Of a stretch of DNA of 64,000 bases, positions 30,001-42,996 are shown in pieces. The notes under the pieces were generated by a model. The model ran no database searches, had not been told where the DNA came from, and worked only from the letters and a program-made list of their open reading frames with translations. The stretch comes from Eledone cirrhosa (taxonomy: Eukaryota), in assembly GCA_964016885.1 (NCBI GenBank), contig OZ024740.1, positions 174,406,001-174,470,000 on the forward strand, given 5' to 3'. Every line of letters starts with the position of its first letter. Positions within the stretch are counted from its first letter, which is position 1. Made by a program: the position numbers and the translations under genes.

Positions 30001-32767
30001 ACGCCGGAAGAAATCAGACCGCCCTGCTCATGTCGGGGCATAGACGGCCACTAGCCTGAAAGCTTGCCCGTCTCCGCTGGTCACGTCCAGCACCACCAAC
30101 TTGCCCTCTGGGTTCAGGAAGATGGCCCGTATGGCGAGATCCAAACCTCTCCGAAAAAGCACAGCAACTCCTCCCCCCGGTGCAGGACGGCTCGGAGATG
30201 CGTACACTCGTAGCCACCGAGGATCGGTGCGAAGGCCCGTGCTTCGGAGGTTCTGCTCTCGCTGATGGTCACTACATCTATGTTTAGTGACCTGAGGTCG
30301 TTGAGAAGGTGGCCCTGCTTCCATGACGATCCCAAGCCACGCGCATTTATGCTGCCTATTCTGAGTGAGGTCATGTTTAAAATGGAGTGGAAAAGATGGG
30401 AAAGACCACTTACCGTACTTTTCGTAGAGGAAGGATGGTTTCTCCATCCCTTTTCACTTGATCGTCCGTTGAAGGGACCGTTGAATCGTCCCTTCGGCTG
30501 GTCGACGGCTCTTCTATGAGTATTTACGAATATACTCTCCGGTCGAGAGTCCCTCCTACGTCTCTGAAATCACCAACTGCGTTGGGGAATTTCGTTTTAG
30601 TGTTTGTGTATTGTTTCTGTGTAATTCTCATCAGTCTTATGTTCGTTGGTGTTTTGATTGGTGCTGGTATTATGTAGTCGTGTTGTGAAATGTCTGTCTG
30701 TTCAATTATGTAAGTCATTAGTTTCTTGTTGTGTGTATTTATTGCTGTGCATTTGTTTTTCTGGGGGTGGGGTGTGGTTCTGCTATTTTCTTGTCGTTGT
30801 TGCTGGGTGTGTGTGTTTTGTTGTTGTGTTTGCGATGTTGGTGCTTGTGGTGGTGGTGATGAAGGTGTTGTTGTTGTTGGCGGTGGGGTTGTCGCCAGTG
30901 GTGATGGTGGTGCTAGTGTTGGTGGTGATGGTGTTGGTGGTGTTGCTGTTGTGAGTCTCTTTGCAGTAGCCTTTACCCTTTTTTCATTTCTTTCCTCTCT
31001 TTTCGAAGGCGACGATGCGCTGCTTCTGCGTTTGTGCCTTCTTGCGACCTTTTGCCATCCCTCTCCCACCTCACACTTCATGTCTGATTCTGTGAGGTCG
31101 GGGAGGGGTACCAGCTCCACTCTTTCACTTGTTGTTGTTGGTGATGTTTGCAGTGGAGTCTCTGTTGGAGCTGCAGTTGGTATTACTGTTGTTGTTGTTA
31201 ATGCTTCCACTGCTGCTGCTGTTCTTGATTTCCGTGGCGTGGGTATGGGTTCCACGGACCTATCGTTCCTGGTTGCCGCTTGTCCTGTTGCTGGTAGCAG
31301 TGGAGCCGGTTTCGGAAGGAGGGGAGTTTTCTCCTTTCTCAGGGTCGTATCGTTGGAGAAGGCCCTGAGGGGAGTCTTCGATCCACAGCGAAAGCATTTC
31401 GGGCGTTTGCCCTCAACACTTATGGGTAGTTGAGTGACGTTATCGAAATCTATCACATCCGGGATAGCTTCGATGCACTCCTGGTTGGTTTGGATTAACA
31501 TCTCAATGGAGATGCCGACCCAATCTTCTCTTACTCTTTTCTGTACTTACAGTACAGTTGTTTTGTCCTCGATTCCGACGAGGACAGACGCGGCCAGCCA
31601 AGAAGGGACCATCCTGGGGGGGACGTGGGTCAGTTTGACATCAGAATTTTTTGCCCGCAGTAGGAGGGCAGCAACACCATTTCCTCGCTCCTTAGGATCA
31701 CTAAGGATTGAGCCTTTGCCTCCTGGGGTGTGGCAAAAAGCACGTCTACGGTGGCATATTTCTTGCCTCGGGTGATATGCGTTTTCCGCTGCCACACAGA
31801 CCCTAAGGCTCTTTGTATTTGAGCCTCTGTGGCTCTCTCAACCCTACGGGATCTTGTGCTTACTGTACGGTACGTGACCGTACAGTGCTGTTGGGTTTCG
31901 AAAAATGTTTCTGCTGCCTTGCAGATTGCTCGGTGTCCGGTTTTTGTCACTATCTTCTTCGCTTCCTGTAATTCCTCATTTGTTATGAGGATGGTTTCCA
32001 GGTTCTTTGCGATACCTGCAAACGAGATTGGTTTTTCTTTGCTGCTGTTGTTGTTGTTGTTGTCGTCGTCAGAGCTGCTGTTACTTTTGTTGTTGCTGCA
32101 GGTACTACGACTACTGCCGCCGCCGCTGTTGCTGTGGTTGTTGTTTTTGTTGCTGCTGCTGCTGCTGTTGTTGTTGCTGTTGCTGCTAATACTGTTGTTA
32201 TTTATGCTGCTGCTGATGCTGTTTCAGCTACTACTGTTGTTTTTCTTGTCACTGTTGCTGCGGCTGCTGTTATTACGGCTGCTACTGCTATTATTCATGA
32301 CGTCAGACAAATGAAATGGGTTTTCATATTTACCGCACACTTTTTTCGTCGTTGTCGTCGTCGTGGAGAAATTTTCCATGCTTTGCTCGTGATTTTTCTT
32401 TACTGGCGTCGCTTGCGAAAGAGAAGGGAGGGAGAGAGACACATTTAGAGAAGGGAGGGAGAGAGACAATCTTCTCTCTGCTGTAGTGACGATCTAGGAA
32501 GAAGAAGACGGAATGAGTGGGAGTGACCTATGAAAATTCTTTTTCGTAGCCATTTTTTTTTTCGTTTAAAATAAATATTGGGCACAAAACCCCAATAAGC
32601 GGTCATTTAACCCCGAAGGGCCAAATAACGGACAGAAAGACCCCTCTCACGAGGAGGAGGGTGTTTTTGTCTACAATTTGGTTAAAGTTTTAAACAATTT
32701 ACAATTGTTATAGCGGTCAAAATTTACAATACCTTACAGAGCCGAACCTCCGTCAACCATGGCATTC
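27043..32767 (-). mobile_element. L1/Tx1-clade LINE copy D, near full length, disrupted
   Basis: ORF1 32553-30524 and ORF2 fragments 30374-27300 (APE, RT, CPRC...H...C). Bounded by (AAT)n at 27017-27042 and 32768-32815. Confidence 0.93.
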
Positions 32768-32815
<48 letters not shown>

Positions 32816-35800
32816 TTGTTTATTTATGTTCGTCTACAGCGTGATAATGCCACACAAAAATCACCGGGAGTGACGAAATCACCGGAGGTGATGAAATCAC
32901 CGGTGGTTATGTAACCATACATTCGCCAATCCTCGATAAGAGTGTTTAAATGTCGAACCTAAACAGTTCGAATAACGGTAAAATGGAGACTAGAATGTCA
33001 TGTGACAGACTCTCACCCAACAGGTGCTCCCTGGCTCAGCAGCAGGGACCTGGCTGTCAACCAAATACTGCTGGTGTCGGAGGAAGAAGAAGAAGGAAAG
33101 GGACCAGAACCAACTGGACGAAAGAATTGAATACAACTGTTATGCAATGTTACCTGAAGAGTAACCCCAAGGAGAAAGGCTATAGGAAACGGATGCATAA
33201 CATCTGGAACGAGATTGGTCTATTTAAATTAGATGAACAAAAATTGGCCGGGCAGGCTCGAGTAATAAGAACTAATGGGTGGATAATCGAGCTGGAACTG
33301 GAGGAACTGAGCAGAGAGATTAGCTTGGATATGGAGAGTGGAGTATGCCAGGCAAACGAGCCAGTGGGAAATGAAGGTGAGGAGGTCGAGAAAACGGAGG
33401 AACCACCCGAAGCAGACAATGATCTGAATGCTGAGATAAATAATACCTGGAACAGAGATACGGCCACTGAGGAGATGAATGCTGACGGGCTATGACAAGA
33501 TTTGGTTGATATCCTAAAGTTAGTGGTAGATGAATTGAACAATGATAGTGAGAAACCTATGAACCTAAGATTTGTAGACAGGAAAAAGTTAAAAGAAACA
33601 GCTAAGGTAAACAAAGTCATCCCATACCTTGAGGCGAGGAGCCTTCACCAGTGCAACAATATCCTCAAAGCAACAGCAAATACGGTGAGGAAACTACTTG
33701 GTATAAAAGCGAGAGGAAACAACAAACAAGAAAGATCAGAGCCTTGGTGGAAGAAACGACTGAGTGGTCAAATCAGGGAAATGAGAAATGACATTGGAAA
33801 GCTTGAGTCCCTACTGAATGGGACACTAAAAAACATAGACACTAAAAATAGACTGGAAATAAAGTACAAAACTAGGAGGAAAAAGCTAAATATTATCATA
33901 GAGGAACTGAAGCAACGCATTGTAGCAAAGAGTGCAAAAATCAGGCGATACGAGAACAGAGTCAGTCAGTATAGACAGAACCGCATGTTCGACAACAACT
34001 TGATCCCTGAGGCGGAACAAACTGAAACATTCTGGAGAGGAATATGGGAGCAGGATGTTAAACATAATGACCAGGCAGTGTGGATTGAGACAGTACAGAA
34101 GGAGATTAGTGAACAGGCACACCAACAAATTGATTTGAGTATCACAGTTGAAACTCTTAAGGGGCAGGCCAAAAAACTAACCAACTGGAAATCACCAGAC
34201 CCAGATGGTGTGCAGGGGTATTGGATTAAAAATATAACATCCCTCCACCCGAAACTGACAACCATGTTCAATGACTGCTTGATGTCAGGTGAGGTACCAG
34301 AGTGGTTGACAAAAGGTACCACAGTTCTGGTAATGAAAGACCGAATCAAGGGTAATGATGTTACCAACTATAGACCTATCACATGTCTGTCGGTAATGTG
34401 GAAACTGTTGACAAGCATTATGTCTGAGGAAATCTACCATCACCTCCACACAATCAACTTGTTACCGGACGAACAGAAAGGATGCCGAAAGAAGTCACGT
34501 GGTACAAAGGACCAGTTACTTATTGATAAGATGGTAATGAGGAATTGCAAGAGGAGACACACTGGTCTTGCCATGGGATGGATAGACTACAAAAAGGCAT
34601 TTGACATGGTGCCTCATTCTTGGATCACCAAAAGCCTGGAGATCTTCAAGGTGGCAGATAACATTAGACAGTTGTTGGGCAAAAGTATGAAGTCCTGGGA
34701 AACAGAGTTAACATCAACTGGAGAATCCTTGGGAAGCGTGAAGATCAAGAGAGGTATCTTCCAGGGAGATAGTCTGTCCCCTCTGTTATTTGTCCTTGCC
34801 CTGATGCCCCTGACCAGTGTACTGCGAAAAGTGAGAGCAGGATACGGGTTGGAAAAGGGAGGGCTTACCATCAATCACCTCCTCTTCATGGACGATCTTA
34901 AGCTCTTCGGGAAGAGTGAGAAGGAGTTGGATGTGCTTGTTGACACTGTCCGTATTTTCAGCAATGATATATGTATGCAATTTGGTATTAGTAAGTGTGG
35001 AGTCCTTGTGGTGAAGAGGGGTAAATTGAGCAGAAGCAACGGAATCCAGGTACCAACAGGTGAGATGATAAAGGAAATTGACACTGAAGAAGGATACAAG
35101 TATTTGGGTGTTCTGGTGGCTGATGACATCAAGAACAAAAAAAGGAAGGAATTGATAAGAACTGAATACATTCGGAGAGTAAGGAGCGTATTAAAGTCAC
35201 ATCTGAACAGTAGGAATGCCATAAGTGCAGTAAATTCCCGAGCTGTGTCTATTATTAGATACAGTGCGGGAATTCTGAGATGGAATGTTGCTGAACAAAA
35301 AGAAATGGATAGGAAGACTAGGAAGCTATTGACTATCTACAACATGTTCCACAAGAGGATTGATGTCGATAGACTCTACTTAAGGAGATCTGAAGGTGGA
35401 AGAGGTCTTATCAGCATAGAGGACTGTGTTCAGGTGGAGAAAAACAACCTACACAAATACGTGACTGATAGTAAGGAGCCAATGCTCAGAACTGTACTGA
35501 AGGAGGGGACAATAGACCAGGGGATGTCCAAGGAGGAAATAACATCAAGGAGAAAGAGCAGCCTTCAGGAAAAATCCCTTCATAGTACCTTCTTTGAGAA
35601 AACTGAATTCAGAGATCCACAGACATGGAGCTGGTTGAAAAGAGGAGACCTTAAAAAGGCTACAGAAGGAATGTTAATGGCCGCGCAATGGCAGGCCCTC
35701 AAAACGAAGTGGTTGAAACACCATATTTACAAGGAGGAGGCTAGCCCACTGTGCAGGATCTGTGGATAGAGAGAGGAGACTGTGGCTCACATTGTATCCG

Positions 35801-36401
35801 AGTGTAAACACCTAACCCAGACTCACTATAAGGGCTGGAGACATGATGTGATGGGCAGGGTGATCCACTGGCACCTATGCAAAGTAAACAATTTACCACA
35901 TTCTGAGAAGTGGTATGAGCATAAGCCAGAGTCGGTGATAGAAAACGATCAGGTGAAGGTGCTGTGGGATTTTAGGATACAGACGGACAAGAAACTGGAA
36001 CAAAATAGACCTGACCTGGTGGTTTTGGACAAGGAAAAAAGATCGTGCCTGATTGTGGATGTGGCCTGCCCATTCGACACGAGAGTGCAAGAGAAGGAGA
36101 GGGAAAAAATTAACCGATATCAGGACTTAAAGTGGGAGGTAAAAAGGATTTGGAACTGCCATGAAGTCAAAGTGGTCCCGATTGTCATAGGCGCACTGGG
36201 TACTATCTCAAAAAGTTTCCAGGGATGGTTAAAGAAAATTGGCCCCGCCACGCTTTTTGGAACGCTTTAAAAGGCATGCATGCTGGGAACAGCAAGAACC
36301 CTCCGATACGTCCTGAATATCTGAGGCTGCGGGTAGTGGCTTGATATTCATTTCAACAAACTTTCCAGTTAACTAACATCAATGACTGAGACTCAAAGAA
36401 C
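32816..36401 (+). mobile_element. R4/Dong-clade non-LTR retrotransposon, full length, in (TAA)n
   Basis: Single RT-CCHC-restriction-like-endonuclease ORF flanked by (AAT)n on both sides, the known Dong target. Confidence 0.93.
32950..36324 (+). pseudogene. Dong/R4 polyprotein (RT + zinc knuckle + RLE) with three in-frame nonsense codons
   Basis: ORFs 32950-33495, 33502-35769, 35782-36270 and the tail to the TGA at 36324 are all in one frame. Motifs: YRPITCL, DYKKAFD, GIFQGDSLSP, LFMDD, CRIC...H...C, RHD, RPDLVV...IVDVACPFD...EKINRY. Confidence 0.93.
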
Positions 36402-37002
36402 AATAATAATAATAATAATAATAATAATGTATAGGCTGCTGATACTTATACTACTGCTGCTGCTGCTTCTCCCTCTGCTGCTGCTTTTGCTGTTTCTGTT
36501 GCTGTTACTTCTATTAGTGCTGTGCGGCACAATAATGTTGAAGTGTAATATAGATCATTGACGTCTTCAAGTGTAATACAGTGCAGTGTTGTATAGTGTA
36601 TTATGTGTAGCGTAGTATAACAACATTCATGCTGAATATAATGAACTCTATTACATTACAGTGTAATATTAAAGTGCTAAAATGTAGTACAATGCTGTGT
36701 AGTGCAACAGTGTTGAAGTGTAGTATTTTTCAGAGTACTGTCTATTATGTTTCTTACACAAGAGTTTAAATTTATCTTAGAACTTAATCAAAAACAAAAC
36801 AAAACAAGCCAACAATATTTTCTGTCTTAAGCCCCATTACTCAACCAACCACATAATTCCCACCGATAAGGAGAATTTTGTGCCAGTTTTATCTAACTCT
36901 ACATCAATGAATTCTCATCGATATATTGACTAGATTTTTTTAAAAGTACACCAGCAACGTTCAATTAGTTTTTATATAATCTATACACATACAAACATAC
37001 AT

Positions 37003-37093
<91 letters not shown>

Positions 37094-37559
37094 CATATAT
37101 ATATTTATACACACATTTATCTCATCTTATTTTTATTCTTCCGAATTTGGCAATCTATCGGACTCCAAAAGAGTAATGTTGTTCAATAATTGATTAGAGA
37201 TCTTTTTGGATGACGTCCAGCTCACGAATATAGGAAATGCTCTCGTCTGTTCTATTTTACCTTACTCATAAATATTTCAGCCTTAACATGTGCTGATAAA
37301 TTTCAACAAGGTCAAAGAGTGGTTCTAGCAAAATGAAAAAAAATTGACACAAACCACTTAAATGTCAAACACTATTATGTATGATTTTATTTCTTTCTTT
37401 CCCTAAAAGAGAAAGAGTTGGGTTCCTACACAGAGACAAAGCGCTTTCATTAAAATTTAGACGACATCAACTAGGTATTCATGTATGTATTTGCACACCT
37501 ATATATGTGTGCATGAGTGCAGGTTATCGTCTGCGTGGTGCTATATACTTTGATTTATC

Positions 37560-37670
37560 TGTGTACATCGCTGAATTTACCAGTCATATCATAGCTAGTC
37601 CGAGGTCAACGTTGCCTTTCATCCTTTCGAGGTCGATAAAAAAAATGTACCAGTCTAGTACTGGAGTCGA
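37560..37670 (+). mobile_element. Degenerate SINE (same family)
   Basis: CGAGGTCAACGTTGCCTTTCATCCTTTCGAGGTCGATAAAAAAATGTACCAGT. Confidence 0.75.
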
Positions 37671-38190
37671 TTCTTCCTCCATATCTCTTCCTCACTTGCT
37701 CTCTCTCTCACTTTCTATCTTTCTCCGGAAGAAATCTGCTGTACACAGGCCTGGAGAGAGATGGGCTCCGCCAGGTTTAAAATGCCATAGAAATGCCGTA
37801 TGTCAATACGGTGGCCCTACGACTCTATCAGGAGTTACGGGACCTTACATACATACATACGCGTAAGTTTTCTTTCTTCTTCATCGCAGAATTCACGCAT
37901 ATCTCTAACAAAGTGGCAAGGCTTTCTGTTTGAGTAAAGACAGATTTAAGGATTTCATAATGCGTGAGTTTATGTATGCAAGTATGTAAGTGTATGTGTG
38001 GTTATACTTGCACGCCTAAAATGGCTGTACACCTGTCTTTAGTACACGACTTTGTGTGATTACTCATTAAGTATCTATGTATGCCAAACACACATGTGAT
38101 GGTCATTCCAGGAAACTTAAATGGAGAATCTATGGAATGTCTTACAGATCTTCACTGAATCGTTAATCGATTAATTTTAAAGTAATCTAT

Positions 38191-38234
<44 letters not shown>

Positions 38235-38277
38235 GCAGAAACACACACACAGACCCGCGCGCGCGCACACACATATA

Positions 38278-38316
<39 letters not shown>

Positions 38317-38400
38317 AAGAGAGAGAGAGTAGAAAGAGTAGATAGATAGATAGATGGATAAACAGATAGTCAGATAGATAGATAGATAGATAGATAGATA

Positions 38401-38700
38401 AATTTCTTTATTAGCCACAAGGGCACAAAAGAAGGGGACAAATACAAATGGGGAGTTTACATGCAGGTATATGAAAATAAAACTATTAATAAAATAACAA
38501 ATAACAATTGAAATCCCCAATAGGGGGAGGCGTTACACAGGGGTTGTACACACCCCGAAAACATGTACAACCCTCATCTCCAGGAGCACCAAGAGTGAGT
38601 ACTCCCTTCCTCTCTTCCTCTTTTTCCTCAACCTACAGGCTTATATAGAGAGAAGGCCCAACCACTCGGGCCATCGTTGCCACATTCACCCACCTTTTAT
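38401..38700 (-). mobile_element. 5'-truncated Tx1-like LINE 3' end within (GATA)n
   Basis: Homologous to the 3' ends of copies B-D (CCTTGTGGCTAATAAAGAAA, CCCCCTATTGGGG, RWVNVATMARV). Flanked by (GATA)n. Confidence 0.8.
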
Positions 38701-39088
38701 AAAATAGATAGATAGATAGATGATAACTACAATCTTGACATTTATTCAGTGTGCGTTGCTATACGAATAATTAAAAATTGCCTAAAATCATGATAGGATA
38801 TTTTTAGATAAATACAATACTTTTGAAATATTGTATATTTACTGATGCAGTAATACCACCACTGACAAAAGTAATGTGTGGTAATGATAGGTAACAATTT
38901 GAGAATAACCGTTATAATTGTATAAAATGTTTAGTTAACTTCTTTCTCATGTCGTCACAATAAAAATTTGTAAATTTAGATTGGATGAATCATTCTGTAC
39001 ATTAGCATGCAGTCTTATAATCATAAGGAAATCGGTCTTCTGAGGAGTTGGCAATATTGGTACTGTGAGTCGTTGTTCACTATAACTA

Positions 39089-39244
39089 CCGTATTTCCCG
39101 GCGCCGAAGACGCTTCGTCCTCGAGGACGCACCTTAATTTTGACAACCAAAATTTTGAAAAAACATAATAAACAACCTTCGGCCTCCAAGATATATGGTA
39201 GATTTTTGACACTTGTTTTAGCAAAAATGTAGCGGGAAATACGG
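39089..39244. mobile_element. Tc1/mariner/pogo-type MITE
   Basis: TA|CCGTATTTCCCG ... CGGGAAATACGG|TA: terminal inverted repeats with TA target-site duplication. Confidence 0.8.
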
Positions 39245-39884
39245 TAGTTTAAACCAGAATACTCGAACTGGAAAATGTGTGAGTGTGTGCGTTGATGTTC
39301 TCTCTTTCACTCACTGCCTCCGTTTCTCTCGATCTCCCCATCTCTCACTATTATATGCAAATGGGAGCCCACGCGCCGGCTGCCCCGAGGGCCTAGTGGA
39401 CAGAATTGAGAAGACGTTTCCCCGGAGGATGGGGAGGGAGACGCGTTGAAACAGCCATTCCAGGTCGCGCGGCTCACACCAGCTGTTAGCCAACTCAGTG
39501 AGGATTATGTAGAATAAATGAACAAATAAAATGAATCTGGAATATAACTCCATAAAGAAGATATGTGTATATTTAACTTCTGGTAATCCTCCATGATATC
39601 TAGATGTTTCTGAGACAACTGGCTAGTTAAACTGCTGTAGACAAAGACAAGCTCACGTAAAGCCTTTCTTGAAATAGCTGTAGGTAACAAATGTTTGAAT
39701 GTATGTACATATGTATGGACCCATAACTCCTGATGTAGTCGTTGGGACACCGTCATGACTTACGGTATGTCTTGGGCATTTTTAAAACCTGACGGAGCAT
39801 ATCCTTTCTAGCCGATTTATTCTTGAGAATGGGAAAAATGAAAAAAAAGAGAGTGATAGAGAAGTGATACTGAGATATATATCA

Positions 39885-40035
39885 AGAATCGACCCCAGTA
39901 CTGGACTAGTACTTTTTATCGAGCTCGAAAGGATTAATAGCAAAGTTGACCTCGGCGGGATTTGAACTCAGAATGCAGAGAACCGGAATGAATACGGCAA
40001 ATCTTTCAATCCGACTATCTAATGACTCTGCCAAT
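39885..40035 (-). mobile_element. SINE copy
   Basis: Reverse complement of the SINE core and B box (GACCTCGGCGGGATTTGAACTCAG). Confidence 0.85.
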
Positions 40036-40294
40036 TTCCTCACCTCAAAACGTTCAAGCAGTACAAAGTGGGCTTGCTTATATACAACTGAAAAAAAATC
40101 TGTTTTGCTGAGGTAGTAAATATACCACCAGAATGCTACACGAGAAATTATATTAAGTTAGAGTAATGTATGCAGTAAGTAGACACACATACGGACCTCA
40201 CAAAGAACAACTTTATGTGTACGTGTGTGTATATGGTGAGTGAGTCTGTGATTGTGTTATGTGTATGTGTGTGTGTGCGTGCGTGTGTATAAGG

Positions 40295-41010
40295 GAAAAT
40301 AATCTATTGCTTTTATTGACTATCGAAAAGCTTTTGATACTATTATTCTCAACAAACGATAACTGTCGAAATTAACATGGCTTCACTTGCGATTGTGTGT
40401 GGAGTATGACAAGATTATATTCTATCTCCTTCCATGTTTAACGTCTCTGAATAAATTGCAATTACGAAAACTGTATTGTTTGAATATACTGTTATAATCG
40501 TTAAAAAATTTTCAGATATGCCGGTGATACTCTCTTATTGCTGGTAGTCAAGAAGAATTGAGAAATGTTATGAAGCAAGGAAAAGTAAAAAGTAAAAGGT
40601 GTGGGTTATTCATTAATTTTGACAAAACTGAATCAATGGTTATTCTAAGGAATGTATGATCAAGATAAGCCTGGAATAATTGATAATGAAACTGTCAAAG
40701 TCATTGAGGTTTGGTATCTTCGAAGTATTATTACAAATCAATGACTTGACAGCGAAGAGATAAAAAGAATTTCAGCGACAAATAGCTGCCGTTATCGTCT
40801 TAAATGTAATTGGGAAAAAAATCCACCAATAAATAAAAACATTAAATTGAAATTGGTGCGCAGGTTGATATTTCCTAACGTATGGATCTTAATGCTGACC
40901 TCTTAGAAAAACTGATGGAACTAAGATAAAAGTTTCCAAGTTTAGTTCTGTAGAAGAATGCCAATAACTGAACAGAACAAAAGAAATCGGTGTGTGTGTT
41001 GAACCAAATT
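40295..41010 (+). pseudogene. Highly decayed RTE-like LINE reverse transcriptase
   Basis: FIDYRKAFD, GV*QDYILSPSMFN and RYAGDTLL appear in the correct order, with stops and frameshifts. Confidence 0.75.
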
Positions 41011-42029
41011 GGAATTGAATGTAATCTTATAAAAGAAACAAAAGTTCTTACATAAAATTGATGGAAGGTTTTCAGAAATGTATAAATACTTTAAAATAGT
41101 TTTGTATTGCAGAACCAGGGGTGGTTTCAAGCATTTTGGTATGAAAAGGGTTAATATAGGACTTTCTGTGTTTAATAGTCATAAACAATTGATTGAGAAG
41201 TTCTGTTTAAGAATGTAGCTTACGGATAAAGTTGTTAATTAATCATTAAATGTGCTTAGCGGGATTATTGTCTAACTAATTTAACTAGAGTGTAGTGCAT
41301 ATCAAATTGTGGAAAGACAAAAATAGTTTATATTTTGGATATATCATAACAGATTTGCTATCAAAATTGTTTGTCATAGAAGTAGCAAGAGTATATATTT
41401 CAATATGTATTTCAGTTTGTTCTAAGAAAAGCAGAAATCTTGTTTACCACAAATAAATTAAATGTTACATTTTAAACCACATCTGCCAGGTGATTACCTG
41501 TGCAGCACTGTAATCAATAAAGTATTAAACAATTTCCGTAAATGATTCTTATAAATATTATTTTTACGTTACATAAGCAGTACCATATGAACTACGAGTC
41601 TTTCCCAATATCTATACTTCTGAGTAGCTAAAATATTAGAACTCAACTGTTGTCTCAACTGATCGACAGAAAAGTGAGGAGCACAGCACAAGAAGGAGTA
41701 AACTCACATAATGTTTTCGTTTAAAGGTACGAACGTTACAGCTTATTTGCCTCTTTCGTAACAAATAAAGAATCATTTTTAATCTAGTCAAAAGAACTCA
41801 ACATGTTATTCAAAACAAATCAAAATAAAATAAGCTCCCGACCACTTTTCAATAAGGAGCCCATCTAAAACATCAGAAACCCCATAATTTCATGCCGAAC
41901 GAACTTTTATTTAATTTTGATATTCTTATTCTTTGTAGATTCTTTTACTTGTAATCATTAACCTCTGATCACCGATATAGCAAGACATTTTATTATTTTA
42001 TTTTTGACACAAGAATTTTACATAAAAAT

Positions 42030-42265
42030 AATTGCACGTCGCGTTACAAATTAGGGATTTGCCCCTCTCGAAATGGAAGAGGGTTAATCGATTATGGTCC
42101 TTGCCATCGTCACGGCCAAGACCAGCCGGCTCCAATTGTGACTGGAAACTGGGTGCATCAAAGCTCCTTCTGATGGTATCGTTCATAGAGCTGGAGCGAG
42201 CCTGCCGTAAGGCGGTAAGACAACGGGTGCAGATCGAACTCATCGCCTGAAGGTGGACTTGCATT
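42030..42265 (-). pseudogene. Restriction-like endonuclease fragment of a CRE-like non-LTR element
   Basis: R.SSMNDTIRRSF...QLEPAGLGRDDGKD..RLTLFHFERGKSLICNATC resembles RHxxLND...EPxGLxRxDGKRPDGLTLxPWxxGKxLxWDATC. Confidence 0.7.
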
Positions 42266-42286
42266 TAACGTCGTCCCACTAAAAAT

Positions 42287-42335
<49 letters not shown>

Positions 42336-42772
42336 ACATACAAATCCGACACGCAAACATGTAGGCAACATTTCTCCTATTTATGTAAGAAATTATAAGA
42401 TGAAAGAAATACGACTGTAGCAAACGTTCCACTGAAACGATTAATTTATTTGTCACATTTTTTAAATGCCACAAAATAAAAATTGTTGCCATTAAACTAG
42501 AAATACTAAACATCAAATTGTTATATGATTTTATGATATTTGTATGACGAACAAGTAGTAGTCTTTTCTATATTAGTTTACTACATAGTATAGAATTCGT
42601 TATCGTATATACTCTAGCATAATCAATGTGTGACCGATATATAATTTGTATAAATATTTTTTAGATACCAAATCTACGTAATATAGGCTACAGAATTGCA
42701 GTACGATTATAGCGACTGCTTTCTCAGCAGGACCACTGTGGATCATTTCCATCTTCACCCGTTAGAGATCTT

Positions 42773-42996
42773 TTAACCTTTTCAGCCAGGGCTTTTGTTA
42801 TCTTTTTAACGGCGACTTAGTGCCGAGAAGACGCACTTTACTTTTCTCTTGCTCTGATCTGGTTCCTTTTATCGCGCACACATCATACCAGCAGAAATAT
42901 TTGTTTATATTTCTGTTGTACGTACCGGCAATTTTATGGGGTCTTCTCAATTAAATCGTATGAAACCACAGCCGGTTTGAGAGCTGAAGAGGTTAA
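42773..42996. mobile_element. TTAA-flanked (piggyBac-type) MITE
   Basis: TTAA|CCTTTTCAGC ... GCTGAAGAGG|TTAA. Confidence 0.7.

Noticed and set aside
15000-32448. Plus-strand ORFs over the Tx1 block (poly-Leu, poly-Val, poly-Cys)
   Set aside because: Antisense shadows of LINE ORFs and their trinucleotide tracts.
32560-32767. Ribozyme in the Tx1 5' UTR
   Set aside because: Only simple hairpins (e.g. GGCCC-TTCG-GGGTT); no HDV or hammerhead topology seen.
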